This document shows positions 10,893 through 21,666 of a DNA stretch of 64,000 nucleotides, piece after piece. The notes under the pieces were generated by a model. The model was not told the origin of the DNA. It saw nothing but the letters and a program-made list of their open reading frames with translations, and did no database searches. Both the position numbers and the translations under genes were made by a program. The DNA lies in the IMG/VR virus record IMGVR_UViG_3300020477_000990, positions 62,001 to 126,000 of that record; one strand, given 5' to 3'. Each line of letters begins with the position of its first letter. Position 1 is the stretch's first letter.

Positions 10893-11239
10893 TAGAATAA
10901 AAACTTTTGCCCTCTCGCAAATTCTTCATAGTTCATTGTAAGTTCCACACCTTTTTTAATCTTCTTTGTAGACACAAATGTTTTTTCAACAGTTATAGTA
11001 ACCTTGGTACCTATTAATTTAAGATTAGCATCTTCACTATGATTTATATACGTATCTTCGCAATTCATGTTGTGAGTGTCATTAACTGGCATTTTTCTTG
11101 GTGCTTGTTCTTTTGGTAAAGCAGGACCTTCTAATGTTACAACAGTTTTGCCTTTAGGAATATCTTCCATAGCAAACCTACCATGTCCGTGTATATCTGA
11201 ATCTTTTATTTCTGTTTTAAACAGCCACTGGTTGGGCAT
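10892..11239 (-). CDS. SET-domain protein (lysine methyltransferase-like)
   Basis: IHGHGRFA..DIPKG, YINHS.DAN, IKKGVELTMNY. Confidence 0.85.
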   Translation of the reverse strand: MPNQWLFKTEIKDSDIHGHGRFAMEDIPKGKTVVTLEGPALPKEQAPRKMPVNDTHNMNCEDTYINHSEDANLKLIGTKVTITVEKTFVSTKKIKKGVELTMNYEEFARGQKFLF

Positions 11240-12032
11240 CTGCTATAGCCTTATGTTCTTTATAATCATTGTTAATACGCAATGAACCCATATTGTTAGT
11301 TTCGTTCCAATCAGAATCATTAATTTCTTGTAAGTCTGATTGATCTTTTAAACTAAACATTAAGCTGATTCTAGGTGTTTTACCTGAATTAACTACAGTA
11401 TGTCTAAAGCCAATATTTAAAAAGTATGCTGATCCATCTGGTTCTAAATGATATGATTCTTCTTTACCTTTACGCCAAAAATAGTTTGTAGCTTCTTGTT
11501 CTGCAAATATAGGAACAATAACTCTTACGGCATACGTTGGATCGTAATCAATATGTGGAGTAAGTGTTTTGCCTGGATCAAGTCTAACAAGTCTTACTCT
11601 AATAGCATCTGCATTAAACGATTCAACTACTTCTTGAAAATAAGAACCTATGTATTTTTCTGTTGGAGTATTGTAATTGTGTTCATTAAGTCCAGGAGCA
11701 AGTCCTTTACCTAATCTAGATTTTAATTTATACTTTGCAATTTTACTAATTGCTTCATCACCAGTACCTGCTGTTTTACCCATTACTTCACAGCTTTCAA
11801 CTGTTGGTGCTTCTGCATTAGGATCAAATTCAGTAAGATTGATTTGCTTAAAATGTTTATATACACTCATAACTAATTCGTGATTGTTTGAACACAATGC
11901 CTTATTAGTTTCCATTACGTCACCATAATCATTGGCCAACTTTAAAGCTTCTTCACGAAGTCTTTCAATATCAAATTTTTTATTTTGAAACTTCCACATT
12001 GTTGGAAGTTGATACTTTTTACGAATTAACAT
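11217..12032 (-). CDS. Asp/Asn beta-hydroxylase-like Fe/2OG oxygenase
   Basis: RVRLVRLDPG..LTPHID, LNIGFRHTVVNSG..PRISL. Confidence 0.8.
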   Translation of the reverse strand: MLIRKKYQLPTMWKFQNKKFDIERLREEALKLANDYGDVMETNKALCSNNHELVMSVYKHFKQINLTEFDPNAEAPTVESCEVMGKTAGTGDEAISKIAKYKLKSRLGKGLAPGLNEHNYNTPTEKYIGSYFQEVVESFNADAIRVRLVRLDPGKTLTPHIDYDPTYAVRVIVPIFAEQEATNYFWRKGKEESYHLEPDGSAYFLNIGFRHTVVNSGKTPRISLMFSLKDQSDLQEINDSDWNETNNMGSLRINNDYKEHKAIADAQPVAV

Positions 12033-12125
12033 AGATTTCTTTCCTTATAACTTTACTACTTGTATTTATTATAAATTATCATGAGGTCAAAATCAACCAA
12101 TAAATATGTAATATAAGCATATAAC

Positions 12126-12154
12126 TTGTGATTTATAGAAAGCTAGTGTATAAT
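12126..12154 (+). promoter_or_regulatory. Sigma70-type promoter TTGTGA-N17-TATAAT
   Basis: Boxes at 12126-31 and 12149-54, at the head of the radical SAM operon. Confidence 0.55.
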
Positions 12155-12158
12155 AGTA

Positions 12159-13502
12159 ATGATAGACCCAGAAAAAAATAAAGCAATTTGTCCATATCTT
12201 TTTAAAGGGGCATTGTTGGAGCATAGTCAAGGAAACATAAGACCATGCTGTAGATGGGAAACAGATGATGTTAGAGGCGACAATGTTTGGCCAAAGAAAA
12301 ATTTTTTAATTAATAAAGATGAAAAATATAATTCATATTTTACAGAAGCTAGGCAACAGATGATAGATGGTAAACCAGTTTATGAGTGTAGAGGATGTAT
12401 TACACAAGAAAAGCATGGAATTGAAAGTATGCGTACAAATGCGTTGAAAAATTTTGTAAACGACAATGAGAGCTTAATTAAAATAGAAGATTTATATAGA
12501 AAGCCTACAGGGTTGTTAAAAGAAATAACTGTACCAAAGTTAGAATATTTAGAAATAGAAAGTGGAAGATATTGTAATTTAAAATGTAGATCATGCGGTC
12601 CTGAATTATCCACAAGTTGGGATGAGGATTTAAAATTAAGTAAAGATCTTCAAAATCATTTTTTTGGTAATGAGCCAATAAAATGGAAGAACTTATTAGA
12701 TGAAAAGTCAATAAATCAATATCTTGAAAGTATTGAATATGATACTATTAAAGATCTTAAAACAGTTAAAATAACTGGTGGTGAACCTTTTTTAAGTGAT
12801 TCAGTTTTAAAATTTTTAAATAATTTAGTTGATTTTGATATTGCTAAAAACATTATTCTGGAAGTGTTTACAAATTGTAGTTTCTTTCCAAAAGAAAAGT
12901 ACAGAGAAATTCTTCCAAAATTTAAGAGAGTTCATATTATTTTAAGTTTAGATGGTGTAGGTGAACACATGGAATTTCTTAGAAAAAAATCAAAATGGAA
13001 AGTAGTAGAAAAAGTATCTAAGTATTGGGAAGGGTTATCATTAAGCAACAAAAATATATATTTAGAAATAAATCATACAATAACTCTTTACAATGTTTTA
13101 TATATTGGAGAATTTTTGTTTTGGATATTTAAGCATTTTAGTAGAGAATTATTAGAAAAGCATAGACCAGAATTAGGAGGATTTATTAAATCAACAGAAG
13201 TATGGAATCCTAGTTACCTATGTGTGAATAATACAAGTGATATTATAAAAGAAAAAATGCTATCATCTATAAAGTCTGATCAAATCTTGCTAGAAGAAAA
13301 GCTATTAAAATTAGGATACGATGAAGAATTTTTACTACGGTTTCATATAAAAACGGTGTTCATTGAATTGTATGATTTTATTAACGGTGCAGGAAAAGAT
13401 AAAGTTAAAACGTTTATTGAGAAAGCTAATATGTTTGATTCAGTAAGAAAAGAAAATTGGAAAGAAACATTTCCAAAATTAGTAAAGATATTAAATGATT
13501 GA
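12159..13502 (+). CDS. Radical SAM protein with N-terminal twitch domain
   Basis: CPY...RPCC...CRGC N-terminal cysteines; CNLKCRSC; ITGGEPF. Confidence 0.85.
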   Translation: MIDPEKNKAICPYLFKGALLEHSQGNIRPCCRWETDDVRGDNVWPKKNFLINKDEKYNSYFTEARQQMIDGKPVYECRGCITQEKHGIESMRTNALKNFVNDNESLIKIEDLYRKPTGLLKEITVPKLEYLEIESGRYCNLKCRSCGPELSTSWDEDLKLSKDLQNHFFGNEPIKWKNLLDEKSINQYLESIEYDTIKDLKTVKITGGEPFLSDSVLKFLNNLVDFDIAKNIILEVFTNCSFFPKEKYREILPKFKRVHIILSLDGVGEHMEFLRKKSKWKVVEKVSKYWEGLSLSNKNIYLEINHTITLYNVLYIGEFLFWIFKHFSRELLEKHRPELGGFIKSTEVWNPSYLCVNNTSDIIKEKMLSSIKSDQILLEEKLLKLGYDEEFLLRFHIKTVFIELYDFINGAGKDKVKTFIEKANMFDSVRKENWKETFPKLVKILND

Positions 13503-14757
13503 TTATAAAAAACATAAAACATTTTGTCCATACCCTATAAAAGGAGCTGTGATTGAAGGATCAAATTCTATGATTAAACCTTGTTGTAGATGGGATACTA
13601 AAAATCATAAACTAGATACTGGTGTTCCTTTTAGTTATAATAATATTTGGAAAGATATTCGTACAAAAATGTTAAAAGGAGAATATGTTTCTGGTTGTGT
13701 TAAATGCTATAAGGAAGAAGCAGATGGAAATAGAAGTATGCGTACAAATGCCTTAAAGAATTTTGTTGATGATATTAAAGATGTTAATCATTCTATAAGA
13801 GGGCCATTTGGATATAAAGAAACTATTTTGAAAACAGAATTAGAATATTTAGAAATTGAATCAGGAAGATACTGTAATTTAAAATGTAGGTCATGTAGTC
13901 CTAATTTATCTACAAGTTGGGATGAAGATTTAAAAAATAACAAAGATGCTGAACAAAATTTTTATGGAGGGAATAAAGATATTCATCCAGAAATGTTAAG
14001 TAGGCCTAGCATTAATGAATCAATAGCAGAATTAACATATAATGATTGTAAACATTTAAAAGAAATAAAAGTTACTGGTGGTGAACCATTTTTAAGTGAT
14101 GCGTTTCTTAAATTTTTAGAAAATTTAGTTGAATGGGATATATCAAAAAATATTACATTAGATATATTTACAAATTGTAGTTTCTTTCCAAAAGAAAAGT
14201 ATAGAGTATTATTGCCAAAGTTTAAATGCTCGTATATAAATTTAAGTTTAGATGCAATTGGAAAACGTGCTGAATTTATAAGAAAGAAATGTAATTGGAG
14301 TATAGTAGAAAAAGTATCCCAATATTGGGAGCAAGAATCTTTAGAGCATGATAATATTAAATTACAAATTAATCATACTGTTAGTCTATTTAATGTTTTA
14401 TACCTTAATGAGTTTATAATGTGGTGTGTAACAAACTTTAATCAAGACACATTTAATGATATTTCTTTTCTAGATCTTACAATTGTATACGGACCTGATT
14501 ATTTGTGCCTAAATAATGTTAGTGAGGTATCTAAAAATAGAATAATAAGATCATTAGAATTACAAATAATAGAACTAAAACAAAAAGTAAATTTACAAAA
14601 TGCTAGTAAATTATATGATCAAGTATTAAATACTATAAAGGGAAAAGGAACAAACTTACAAAGTATTTTTATTCAAAAAACAGAAATGTTCGATACTATT
14701 AGAAAAGAAAATTGGAAAGAAACATTTCCTGAGTTAGCAGAGGTATTAAATGTCTAA
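13495..14757 (+). CDS. N-terminal-twitch radical SAM, close tandem paralog of 12159..13502
   Basis: Identical LEYLEIESGRYCNLKCRSC, FTNCSFFPKEKYR and RKENWKETFP segments. Confidence 0.85.
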   Translation: MIDYKKHKTFCPYPIKGAVIEGSNSMIKPCCRWDTKNHKLDTGVPFSYNNIWKDIRTKMLKGEYVSGCVKCYKEEADGNRSMRTNALKNFVDDIKDVNHSIRGPFGYKETILKTELEYLEIESGRYCNLKCRSCSPNLSTSWDEDLKNNKDAEQNFYGGNKDIHPEMLSRPSINESIAELTYNDCKHLKEIKVTGGEPFLSDAFLKFLENLVEWDISKNITLDIFTNCSFFPKEKYRVLLPKFKCSYINLSLDAIGKRAEFIRKKCNWSIVEKVSQYWEQESLEHDNIKLQINHTVSLFNVLYLNEFIMWCVTNFNQDTFNDISFLDLTIVYGPDYLCLNNVSEVSKNRIIRSLELQIIELKQKVNLQNASKLYDQVLNTIKGKGTNLQSIFIQKTEMFDTIRKENWKETFPELAEVLNV

Positions 14758-15970
14758 AACATTTTGCATAATGCCATTTATACATATGAACTTAAAGCCA
14801 AAAGGCTTTGTAAGTGCTTGTTGGCGTAATCATGATTCGTTAGGACATTATGGTGATAAAAAACTTAAAGAAATATGGAACAATGACAATTATAAAAATA
14901 TACGTAAAAATTTATTAAATGGAGTGCAACATGAAGGTTGTAAAAGTTGTTGGGATATGGAGAAAGCAAATATAACATCAACAAGGCAACAATGTAATGA
15001 AGATTATAAAAAATATATTCCTAAGGTAATGGAAGAAGTTGTTGATGGTGAATTGCCAATGAATGTAAAATCAATTGAATTGCGTTTTGGTAATGTGTGT
15101 GATTTAAGATGTAGACATTGCTCATCGATATATAGTTCAACTTGGGCAGTAGCAGTAAACAAACATGACGATGTCAAACGATTATTTGACAAATATCAAT
15201 TAACAGAAACAAGTACGTGGCGTGGAATTTCTAAATTACCAGTTGAAACATTTAATCAAGTAGTAAATGATATAGGACCAAGAGTAGAAGAAATAGTTAT
15301 AGCAGGTGGTGAACCTTTAATACAGCCACAGCATTATGATGCTTTAGAAAGGCTTTTACCATATGCATATCATATTACATTAGAGTATAACACTAACTTG
15401 AACAATATCATATTACAAGGTAGACACGTGAGTGATCTTTGGGTGCATTTTAAAAATGTAAATTGTCGTGTTAGTATAGATGGAGATAAAAAGATACATA
15501 GTTACTTAAGAACAGGAAGTGATTTAGAAGCAATTGAAAATAATATTAAAACATTAAAATCTGAATTGCCGGCCAATCAGTTTAATTTAACAACTACCTG
15601 TACGGTTTCTTTATATAACATTTCTAGATTTGATGATATAATTGATTATTATGTATCTTTAGATTGTCCGTTCCATTGTAGTTTAGTTCAATATCCAGAG
15701 GCCTTAAATATTCAATATATTCCAAAGAAAATGAAAGACATTATAACAAAAAGAGTTTATAATAAAATAGATAAGTTAGGAAACATTAAGGAGAATCGTT
15801 TGGCCAAGATAATTAAATGGTCAAACTATGTATTAGATTACATGAATAATACTAACATTAATAATAATATGTTGCCATCTTCAGCAAAAGAATATGTTGA
15901 AACTATGGATAGATTAAATGGAACAAACTTTTTAGAAGTGTATCCAGAGTTTAAGGAGTTTTGGCAATGA
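14750..15970 (+). CDS. N-terminal-twitch radical SAM protein
   Basis: CIMPF..SACW..CKSC; FGNVCDLRCRHC; AGGEP. Confidence 0.85.
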   Translation: MSKTFCIMPFIHMNLKPKGFVSACWRNHDSLGHYGDKKLKEIWNNDNYKNIRKNLLNGVQHEGCKSCWDMEKANITSTRQQCNEDYKKYIPKVMEEVVDGELPMNVKSIELRFGNVCDLRCRHCSSIYSSTWAVAVNKHDDVKRLFDKYQLTETSTWRGISKLPVETFNQVVNDIGPRVEEIVIAGGEPLIQPQHYDALERLLPYAYHITLEYNTNLNNIILQGRHVSDLWVHFKNVNCRVSIDGDKKIHSYLRTGSDLEAIENNIKTLKSELPANQFNLTTTCTVSLYNISRFDDIIDYYVSLDCPFHCSLVQYPEALNIQYIPKKMKDIITKRVYNKIDKLGNIKENRLAKIIKWSNYVLDYMNNTNINNNMLPSSAKEYVETMDRLNGTNFLEVYPEFKEFWQ

Positions 15971-17127
15971 ACGATTTAAAATGGAGTGAATATGATTTTA
16001 CAAAAATTCCGTACGATGATCTCGTTCGTGTGGGACAACGTACTATGCTGTATCGGGATCTTTTTACAGTCAGTTGGCTTCTTGGTAGGTTTTGTAACTA
16101 TAGGTGTAGCTACTGTTGGCCGTATGCTAGGAGTGACAGAAAAGATCATAGGCCTACTGAGTTATGTCTTGCCACCATTGATGAGATCAAAAGACAAGCG
16201 AGAGATAGAGGATTTAATTCTTTCCACTTCTCACTTTCTGGCGGCGAGCCTACATTTCATCCTGGTTATATTGATATTCTACAGCATCTCGCTGATGATA
16301 CGCCAAATACTAATTATACTTCTGTCCATATGACAAGTAATTGTTCTAGAAATATGAAATGGTTTGAAAAATATGTACAAGCAGTCGCACCGTTCCATAG
16401 AGCCAGTATCACGGCTTCTTACCACAGGGAACACGTTAACACACAAGAAAAAAGATCAGAGTTCGCAGACAAATTATGTTATGCACAAGAACACGATGTC
16501 CAAGTTACAATCAACCAAGTTATGGTACCAGAATGGTTTGATGAACTATATGAGGAATCATTATACTTCCACGATAGAGGTATTAACGTTACGCTCAAAC
16601 CTCAATCGGATCCAACAGCGTCAACGGTTGTTGAAGGCTACACGGATGAAATGCTTCAAAAGTTATACAATGGTATGCCACAACGAGGATTTACAGAGGA
16701 AAAAAATAAACACGTAGAAAGACCAAAACCTACATTTAAAATAGATGATGATAGAACATTGCAAAAGCAAACATATTCAGAAGGTGTGCCACAGCATTTT
16801 CAAGTAGAGTTTAAAGACAAAGATAACAAAGCATGGTTTATGGATCAAGCAGAAAGATTTAATGCGTTTAATTTTAATAAGTTTAGCGGATGGGAATGCT
16901 CATCTGGATATAGATCAATTATTATTAGAGAACCAGATGGCAGTATAAAAAGGAGTTATAGTTGCCATGATGAACCACTTGGAAATATTGAAACAGGATT
17001 TAAATTATTTGACAAGCCAGAAAAATGTATATCACCAAGTTGCGTATCAAGTGCTGATTCAAAGATACCAAAAAGAGCTAAAGGAACTAAATTACCTTTA
17101 TGGCCAGGAGATAAATCATACGCATGA
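15961..17127 (+). CDS. Radical SAM protein with C-terminal twitch-like cysteines
   Basis: CNYRCSYC; LSGGEPT; C-terminal CSSG...SC...CISPSCVSSAD. Confidence 0.85.
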   Translation: MAMNDLKWSEYDFTKIPYDDLVRVGQRTMLYRDLFTVSWLLGRFCNYRCSYCWPYARSDRKDHRPTELCLATIDEIKRQARDRGFNSFHFSLSGGEPTFHPGYIDILQHLADDTPNTNYTSVHMTSNCSRNMKWFEKYVQAVAPFHRASITASYHREHVNTQEKRSEFADKLCYAQEHDVQVTINQVMVPEWFDELYEESLYFHDRGINVTLKPQSDPTASTVVEGYTDEMLQKLYNGMPQRGFTEEKNKHVERPKPTFKIDDDRTLQKQTYSEGVPQHFQVEFKDKDNKAWFMDQAERFNAFNFNKFSGWECSSGYRSIIIREPDGSIKRSYSCHDEPLGNIETGFKLFDKPEKCISPSCVSSADSKIPKRAKGTKLPLWPGDKSYA

Positions 17128-17657
17128 GCGAATTAATAAAAAAGTTTGAAACAAATTTTGATTTGTATAAGATGATTGACTGTTTAGAAACTGTTGTATC
17201 TAAAACACCATGGCACTCTAAAGAAAATCAAATTGCCATTCAAGTTAGAAATGGTAGTACAGATTGGCATGATGGTTTAGGTAAAGCCGCAGTACAAACA
17301 GATAAAGGTTGGGAAGAATCTGTAAATGAGCAAGAGTATACACATATTCATCCTGAGCTTAAAGGATCATACTTTGAAGAAGTATTAAACAATTTACCTT
17401 TTAAACCTGTTAGAGCTAGGCTTATGCGTTTAATACCAAAACGTTGTTATTCAACACATTATGATTTTACTGGAAGATATCATTTAGCATTAATAACAAC
17501 TCATCATGCACATTTTGTTTTTGTAAAAGATCAGAAAGTAATTCATATACCATCAGATGGATGTTTATATTATGTAGATACAACTAAAATGCATACAGCA
17601 TTAAACGGTGCTACAGAAGATAGAATACATTTAGTAATAGGAGAAGCTAATGAGTAA
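17124..17657 (+). CDS. Asp/Asn beta-hydroxylase-like Fe/2OG oxygenase
   Basis: RARLMRL..YSTHYD..RYHL, HTALNG..DRIHL. Confidence 0.8.
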   Translation: MSELIKKFETNFDLYKMIDCLETVVSKTPWHSKENQIAIQVRNGSTDWHDGLGKAAVQTDKGWEESVNEQEYTHIHPELKGSYFEEVLNNLPFKPVRARLMRLIPKRCYSTHYDFTGRYHLALITTHHAHFVFVKDQKVIHIPSDGCLYYVDTTKMHTALNGATEDRIHLVIGEANE

Positions 17658-18555
17658 TATTGTTGAAAAAGAAAAACTTAATATTACCAATGAAATGTTT
17701 GGAGAAAGTAAAGCAATTCATTCTCCAGTTGATTATAAAATTAAAAATAATTTAAAAACATCAGTTGGTACTTATGTTGAAAGCACAAATGAAAACGACA
17801 AAACGCCTTCTGTTAAAAGAAGAAAACGTTGGGAAAATTGTCAAGAACAAATTCGTACGTTTTTAAATCCAATAGTAGATTTAAGCAGTTTAAAATATGC
17901 TTATCCAACAAATGGTATACATGAAAGTATTGATTGGATGTGTAATAAAATTGGAGCATATCAAGTTTTTGAAGGTGAATATAGGTATTCAACGTTTATG
18001 AAAAAGCCAATTCGTGTAGCAAAAACAGTAGATGATATTATACCTGGAGTACCTTTGTATATGAGTAATCCTTTTAGTGCAACAGGAAATTTTGATAAAA
18101 GGTATGATGAAGTTTGTGAAACTTATAAAGATGTTCCTGTTTACTTAGACATGGCTTTTATTGGAACAACAGGTCCACATATAGTTAAAATATATCCAAA
18201 TGTTGAACAAGTATTTTGGAGTGTTTCTAAACCATGGGGGCTTGGGTTGTTAAGAGCAGGAGTAAGGTTTTCACGTGAGGTGGAAGTAATACAAAGAGAG
18301 TTACAAGGTGTTGGGTATTTTAACCATGCTAACATTGATGTATTTAGAGAAGTTATATTATCAAGTTCTGTATTTGCTAAAAAAGAACAATATGGAAATT
18401 TACAAAAGCAAATATGTGAACAATTTAATTTAATTCCTAGTGATAGTTATTTACTGGGAACTACAAAAGATGAAGAATGGAGTAGATTTAAAAGAGAGGA
18501 CGGAACTAATAGAGTTTGTTTAACACCAGCATATGAAAAGGTAATGAATGATTAA
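17650..18555 (+). CDS. PLP-dependent enzyme (fold type I-like)
   Basis: MSNP, YLDMAF, SVSKPWGLGLLRAG (candidate Schiff-base Lys). Confidence 0.55.
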   Translation: MSNIVEKEKLNITNEMFGESKAIHSPVDYKIKNNLKTSVGTYVESTNENDKTPSVKRRKRWENCQEQIRTFLNPIVDLSSLKYAYPTNGIHESIDWMCNKIGAYQVFEGEYRYSTFMKKPIRVAKTVDDIIPGVPLYMSNPFSATGNFDKRYDEVCETYKDVPVYLDMAFIGTTGPHIVKIYPNVEQVFWSVSKPWGLGLLRAGVRFSREVEVIQRELQGVGYFNHANIDVFREVILSSSVFAKKEQYGNLQKQICEQFNLIPSDSYLLGTTKDEEWSRFKREDGTNRVCLTPAYEKVMND

Positions 18556-18823
18556 AGTTTTCTTTATAGCAAAAATAAAAAATTTTGATGAAGAATATTA
18601 TGATTATAGTAAAAGAGTTAGAGAAAAAGCAGAGACTATGCCCGGGTTCATAAATATTATATCAGAAGAAAAAGATGATGTTGAAATTACAATTAGCTCA
18701 TGGAAAACAAAAGAAGATGTAGAAGCTTGGAGGAAAGATCCATTGCACATGGAAGCAAAAGCAAAAGCAAAAGAATGGTATCATTGGGTTAAAGGAATTC
18801 ACGTAGAGGCAGTAGATGAGTAA
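18548..18823 (+). CDS. Antibiotic-biosynthesis monooxygenase (ABM) family protein
   Basis: MPGF..ITISSWK...VEAWRKDPLHMEA...WY. Confidence 0.75.
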   Translation: MIKVFFIAKIKNFDEEYYDYSKRVREKAETMPGFINIISEEKDDVEITISSWKTKEDVEAWRKDPLHMEAKAKAKEWYHWVKGIHVEAVDE

Positions 18824-19343
18824 ACGTATAGCAATAACAGGAAATACTAAAAGAATAGGTAAAGCAATATACGAAGCATTTCCAAATTCAGTTGGATGTG
18901 GCAGAGGCGATGGCGGTGATATTACAACTATAGAAGGAAGAACAATGATACTTCATCAAGCAATGAGGTGTGATGTGTTTATTAATAATGCTCATGATGG
19001 TTTTAGTCAAGTTGAAATGTTGAATATGATGTTTACTGCTTGGAAAGATAAAGAAGATAAACATATTATTAATATTGGTACTGATGCTGTACCTTATACA
19101 GATTGGCAAGTTGTTCATAGGCAATATCCTATTGAAAAAATGGCTCTTCATGCTCAAGCTGAAATGTTACAAAGTCAAGAACGTAAATGTAAGATAACAA
19201 CTTTAGCATTAGGTCATGTAGATACAGAATTTAATAAAGAATATAATGGTCCTAAATTGTCGTACAATAGTATTGTAGATACAATTAAATGGGTTATAGA
19301 TCAGCCAACAGAAATAAAATTTATAGTAGTGAGTGCAAAATGA
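18816..19343 (+). CDS. Short SDR-like oxidoreductase
   Basis: TGNTKRIG, FINNA, IINIG, YPIEK. Confidence 0.75.
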   Translation: MSKRIAITGNTKRIGKAIYEAFPNSVGCGRGDGGDITTIEGRTMILHQAMRCDVFINNAHDGFSQVEMLNMMFTAWKDKEDKHIINIGTDAVPYTDWQVVHRQYPIEKMALHAQAEMLQSQERKCKITTLALGHVDTEFNKEYNGPKLSYNSIVDTIKWVIDQPTEIKFIVVSAK

Positions 19344-20185
19344 TAAATTGGCTAATTAAAAAACCAAGTTATACAATATTGTGTAATGAGATATTTTATA
19401 ATAAAGATAAATCAATCTCTTGTGAAATAATAATTCCTGAGGTAGTTAATAATGCTAAAGTTAAAACTATAGGGATTTGGCATTCAGGAGGAATAGATTC
19501 AACAATGTTGTTGTATTTGTTAGCTAAAATAATAAAAGATAATAAGTTAGATATAAACATTCAACCAGCAACTGTCGGAATAGATTCAAGTAATAAATCT
19601 AATCTTTTAAAATATTTAAAACAATGGCATACAGCTCTTATAGAAAATCAAGATGTATCTAAAATAATAGCAAATCTTGAAGGACATAATTTATCAAATT
19701 ATATAACAGGTCCAATGCATTCAAAAGCTACAATTGATAAGATTAGTAAGTTATTAGATATTGATTTTATATTACCACAAATAGTATCGTTTGCAGACCT
19801 AACACTTAAAAGTGTTTGGAATGGTTATTTTGATACAGAAAAAGAAAATATAAAAAACGGAGTATGGAATATTTTGTATACAGGAAGAAATGCAGTTCCA
19901 CCAGATGAATTATTTGATAGAAGTCCATTTCATGAGATGATTCCATTTTGGGAATCTAGAGAGCCTGGAGTTGTACACGAAACAATTTCAGATGATGGAT
20001 CAGAATCAAAACCTTTTAGCAATGTAGATAAAAAATTTATAGCTGAATTATACGAGCAGTATAATTTATTAGATGAATTGTTTCCATTAACAAAATCGTG
20101 TTTTGATCCTTATGTTAATGGAACAAAAGGTTGTGGTAAATGTTTTCATTGTTTTGAAAAGCAATATGGATTTGGAGAATATTAA
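19340..20185 (+). CDS. QueC-like PP-loop ATPase with C-terminal Cys4 site
   Basis: HSGGIDS; SC-x10-CGKCFHC; PFSNVDK..IA. Confidence 0.75.
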   Translation: MINWLIKKPSYTILCNEIFYNKDKSISCEIIIPEVVNNAKVKTIGIWHSGGIDSTMLLYLLAKIIKDNKLDINIQPATVGIDSSNKSNLLKYLKQWHTALIENQDVSKIIANLEGHNLSNYITGPMHSKATIDKISKLLDIDFILPQIVSFADLTLKSVWNGYFDTEKENIKNGVWNILYTGRNAVPPDELFDRSPFHEMIPFWESREPGVVHETISDDGSESKPFSNVDKKFIAELYEQYNLLDELFPLTKSCFDPYVNGTKGCGKCFHCFEKQYGFGEY

Positions 20186-21666
20186 TGAGTAAAACATATT
20201 GGGGTATATGTGGGTTAGGACATGATGGTGCTCTGTCTGTTGTTAAAGATGGTGAAATACTTTTTGCTGGGCATACTGAAAGATATACAAGGCAAAAGAA
20301 TGATCCAGATTTATGTCCAGAAATTATTAATGAAGCATTAGAATATGGTGAACCAGATAAAGTTATTTGGCATGAAAGACCATGGCAAAAAAAACGTAGA
20401 CAATTATATTCAGGACAATTTAATGAAGCATTTAGTCTAAGTAACTTGCCATCACAATATATGAAAACAGTTTTTAAAACTAAATTAAGTTATGTTGGCC
20501 ATCATAAATCACACGCGGCGGCAGGAGCATTTACATCTCCATATGAATCTGCCTGTGTTATAGTAGCAGATGCAATAGGTGAGTTTGATACAATTTCAAT
20601 ATGGGATTATGTTGCTCCAGGTAAATTAACAAAATTAAAAACGTATCAATATCCAAATAGTTTAGGATTATTATATTCAGCATTTACACAAAGAGTCGGG
20701 CTAACACCAAATGAAGAAGAATATATTCTAATGGGTATGGCGGCGTATGGTGAGCCAAAGTATGCTGAAGATATTGAAAGAACATATTTTAGTAAACAAG
20801 ATCCATTTAAATTAATGCAAAATGTTCATGCAGGAGTGCAAGATTGGATGCCTCATATACCAATGATCGATGATCAATTTAAGTATGATACTGCCGCATC
20901 AATACAAATGGTAATTGAAAAGAAAGTATTAGAATTATTTAATATGGCAAAAACATTAAGTTCAAAAAAGAATTTAGTATGGATGGGAGGTGTTGCATTA
21001 AATTGTGTAGCAAACTCTTTATTGTTGAGGAAGAATCAAAATATATGGGTTATGCCTAATCCAGGTGATGCTGGTAATTCATTAGGCGCCGCGGCACTAG
21101 GGTATGGTGGTAAAGTAAATTGGCAAGGACCTTTCTTAGGTACAAACATTGAAGGAGACTATCCTGTTGATTCTGCCTGTGAAGCATTAATGAAAGGAAA
21201 TATTATTGGTGTAGCAAGTGGTAGAGCAGAGTTTGGTCCTAGAGCATTAGGTAATAGATCATTACTTGCTGATCCACGTGGTAGTAAAATTAAAGATAGA
21301 GTAAATGAAATTAAGAAGAGACAAAAGTTTAGACCGTTTGCCCCTGCTATACTTGAAGAACACGTACATGATTATTTTACAATGCCTGGTGGTATTACGT
21401 CATCACCATATATGCAGGCAGTTGCAATATGTAGAAAACCACAAGAGTTTCCAGCAATTATTCATGCTGACGGAACTTCTCGTGTACAAACAGTTACACA
21501 AAAAGAAGCTCCAGGATTTTATAATTTAATTAAAAAGTTTTACGATCAAACTGGCTGTCCAATGCTTTTGAATACATCTTTAAACATTAAAGGTGAACCT
21601 TTGGTAAATACTAGAGCACACGCAGATGCGTTTGAAACAGAACATAATGTGAGGGTTTATTCATGA
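20185..21666 (+). CDS. Carbamoyltransferase (NodU/CmcH/TobZ family)
   Basis: HDGA, ERYTRQK, HHKSHAA, LMGMAAYG, GGVALNCVAN, EFGPRALGNRS, RVQTV, LNTSLNIKGEP. Confidence 0.95.
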   Translation: MSKTYWGICGLGHDGALSVVKDGEILFAGHTERYTRQKNDPDLCPEIINEALEYGEPDKVIWHERPWQKKRRQLYSGQFNEAFSLSNLPSQYMKTVFKTKLSYVGHHKSHAAAGAFTSPYESACVIVADAIGEFDTISIWDYVAPGKLTKLKTYQYPNSLGLLYSAFTQRVGLTPNEEEYILMGMAAYGEPKYAEDIERTYFSKQDPFKLMQNVHAGVQDWMPHIPMIDDQFKYDTAASIQMVIEKKVLELFNMAKTLSSKKNLVWMGGVALNCVANSLLLRKNQNIWVMPNPGDAGNSLGAAALGYGGKVNWQGPFLGTNIEGDYPVDSACEALMKGNIIGVASGRAEFGPRALGNRSLLADPRGSKIKDRVNEIKKRQKFRPFAPAILEEHVHDYFTMPGGITSSPYMQAVAICRKPQEFPAIIHADGTSRVQTVTQKEAPGFYNLIKKFYDQTGCPMLLNTSLNIKGEPLVNTRAHADAFETEHNVRVYS

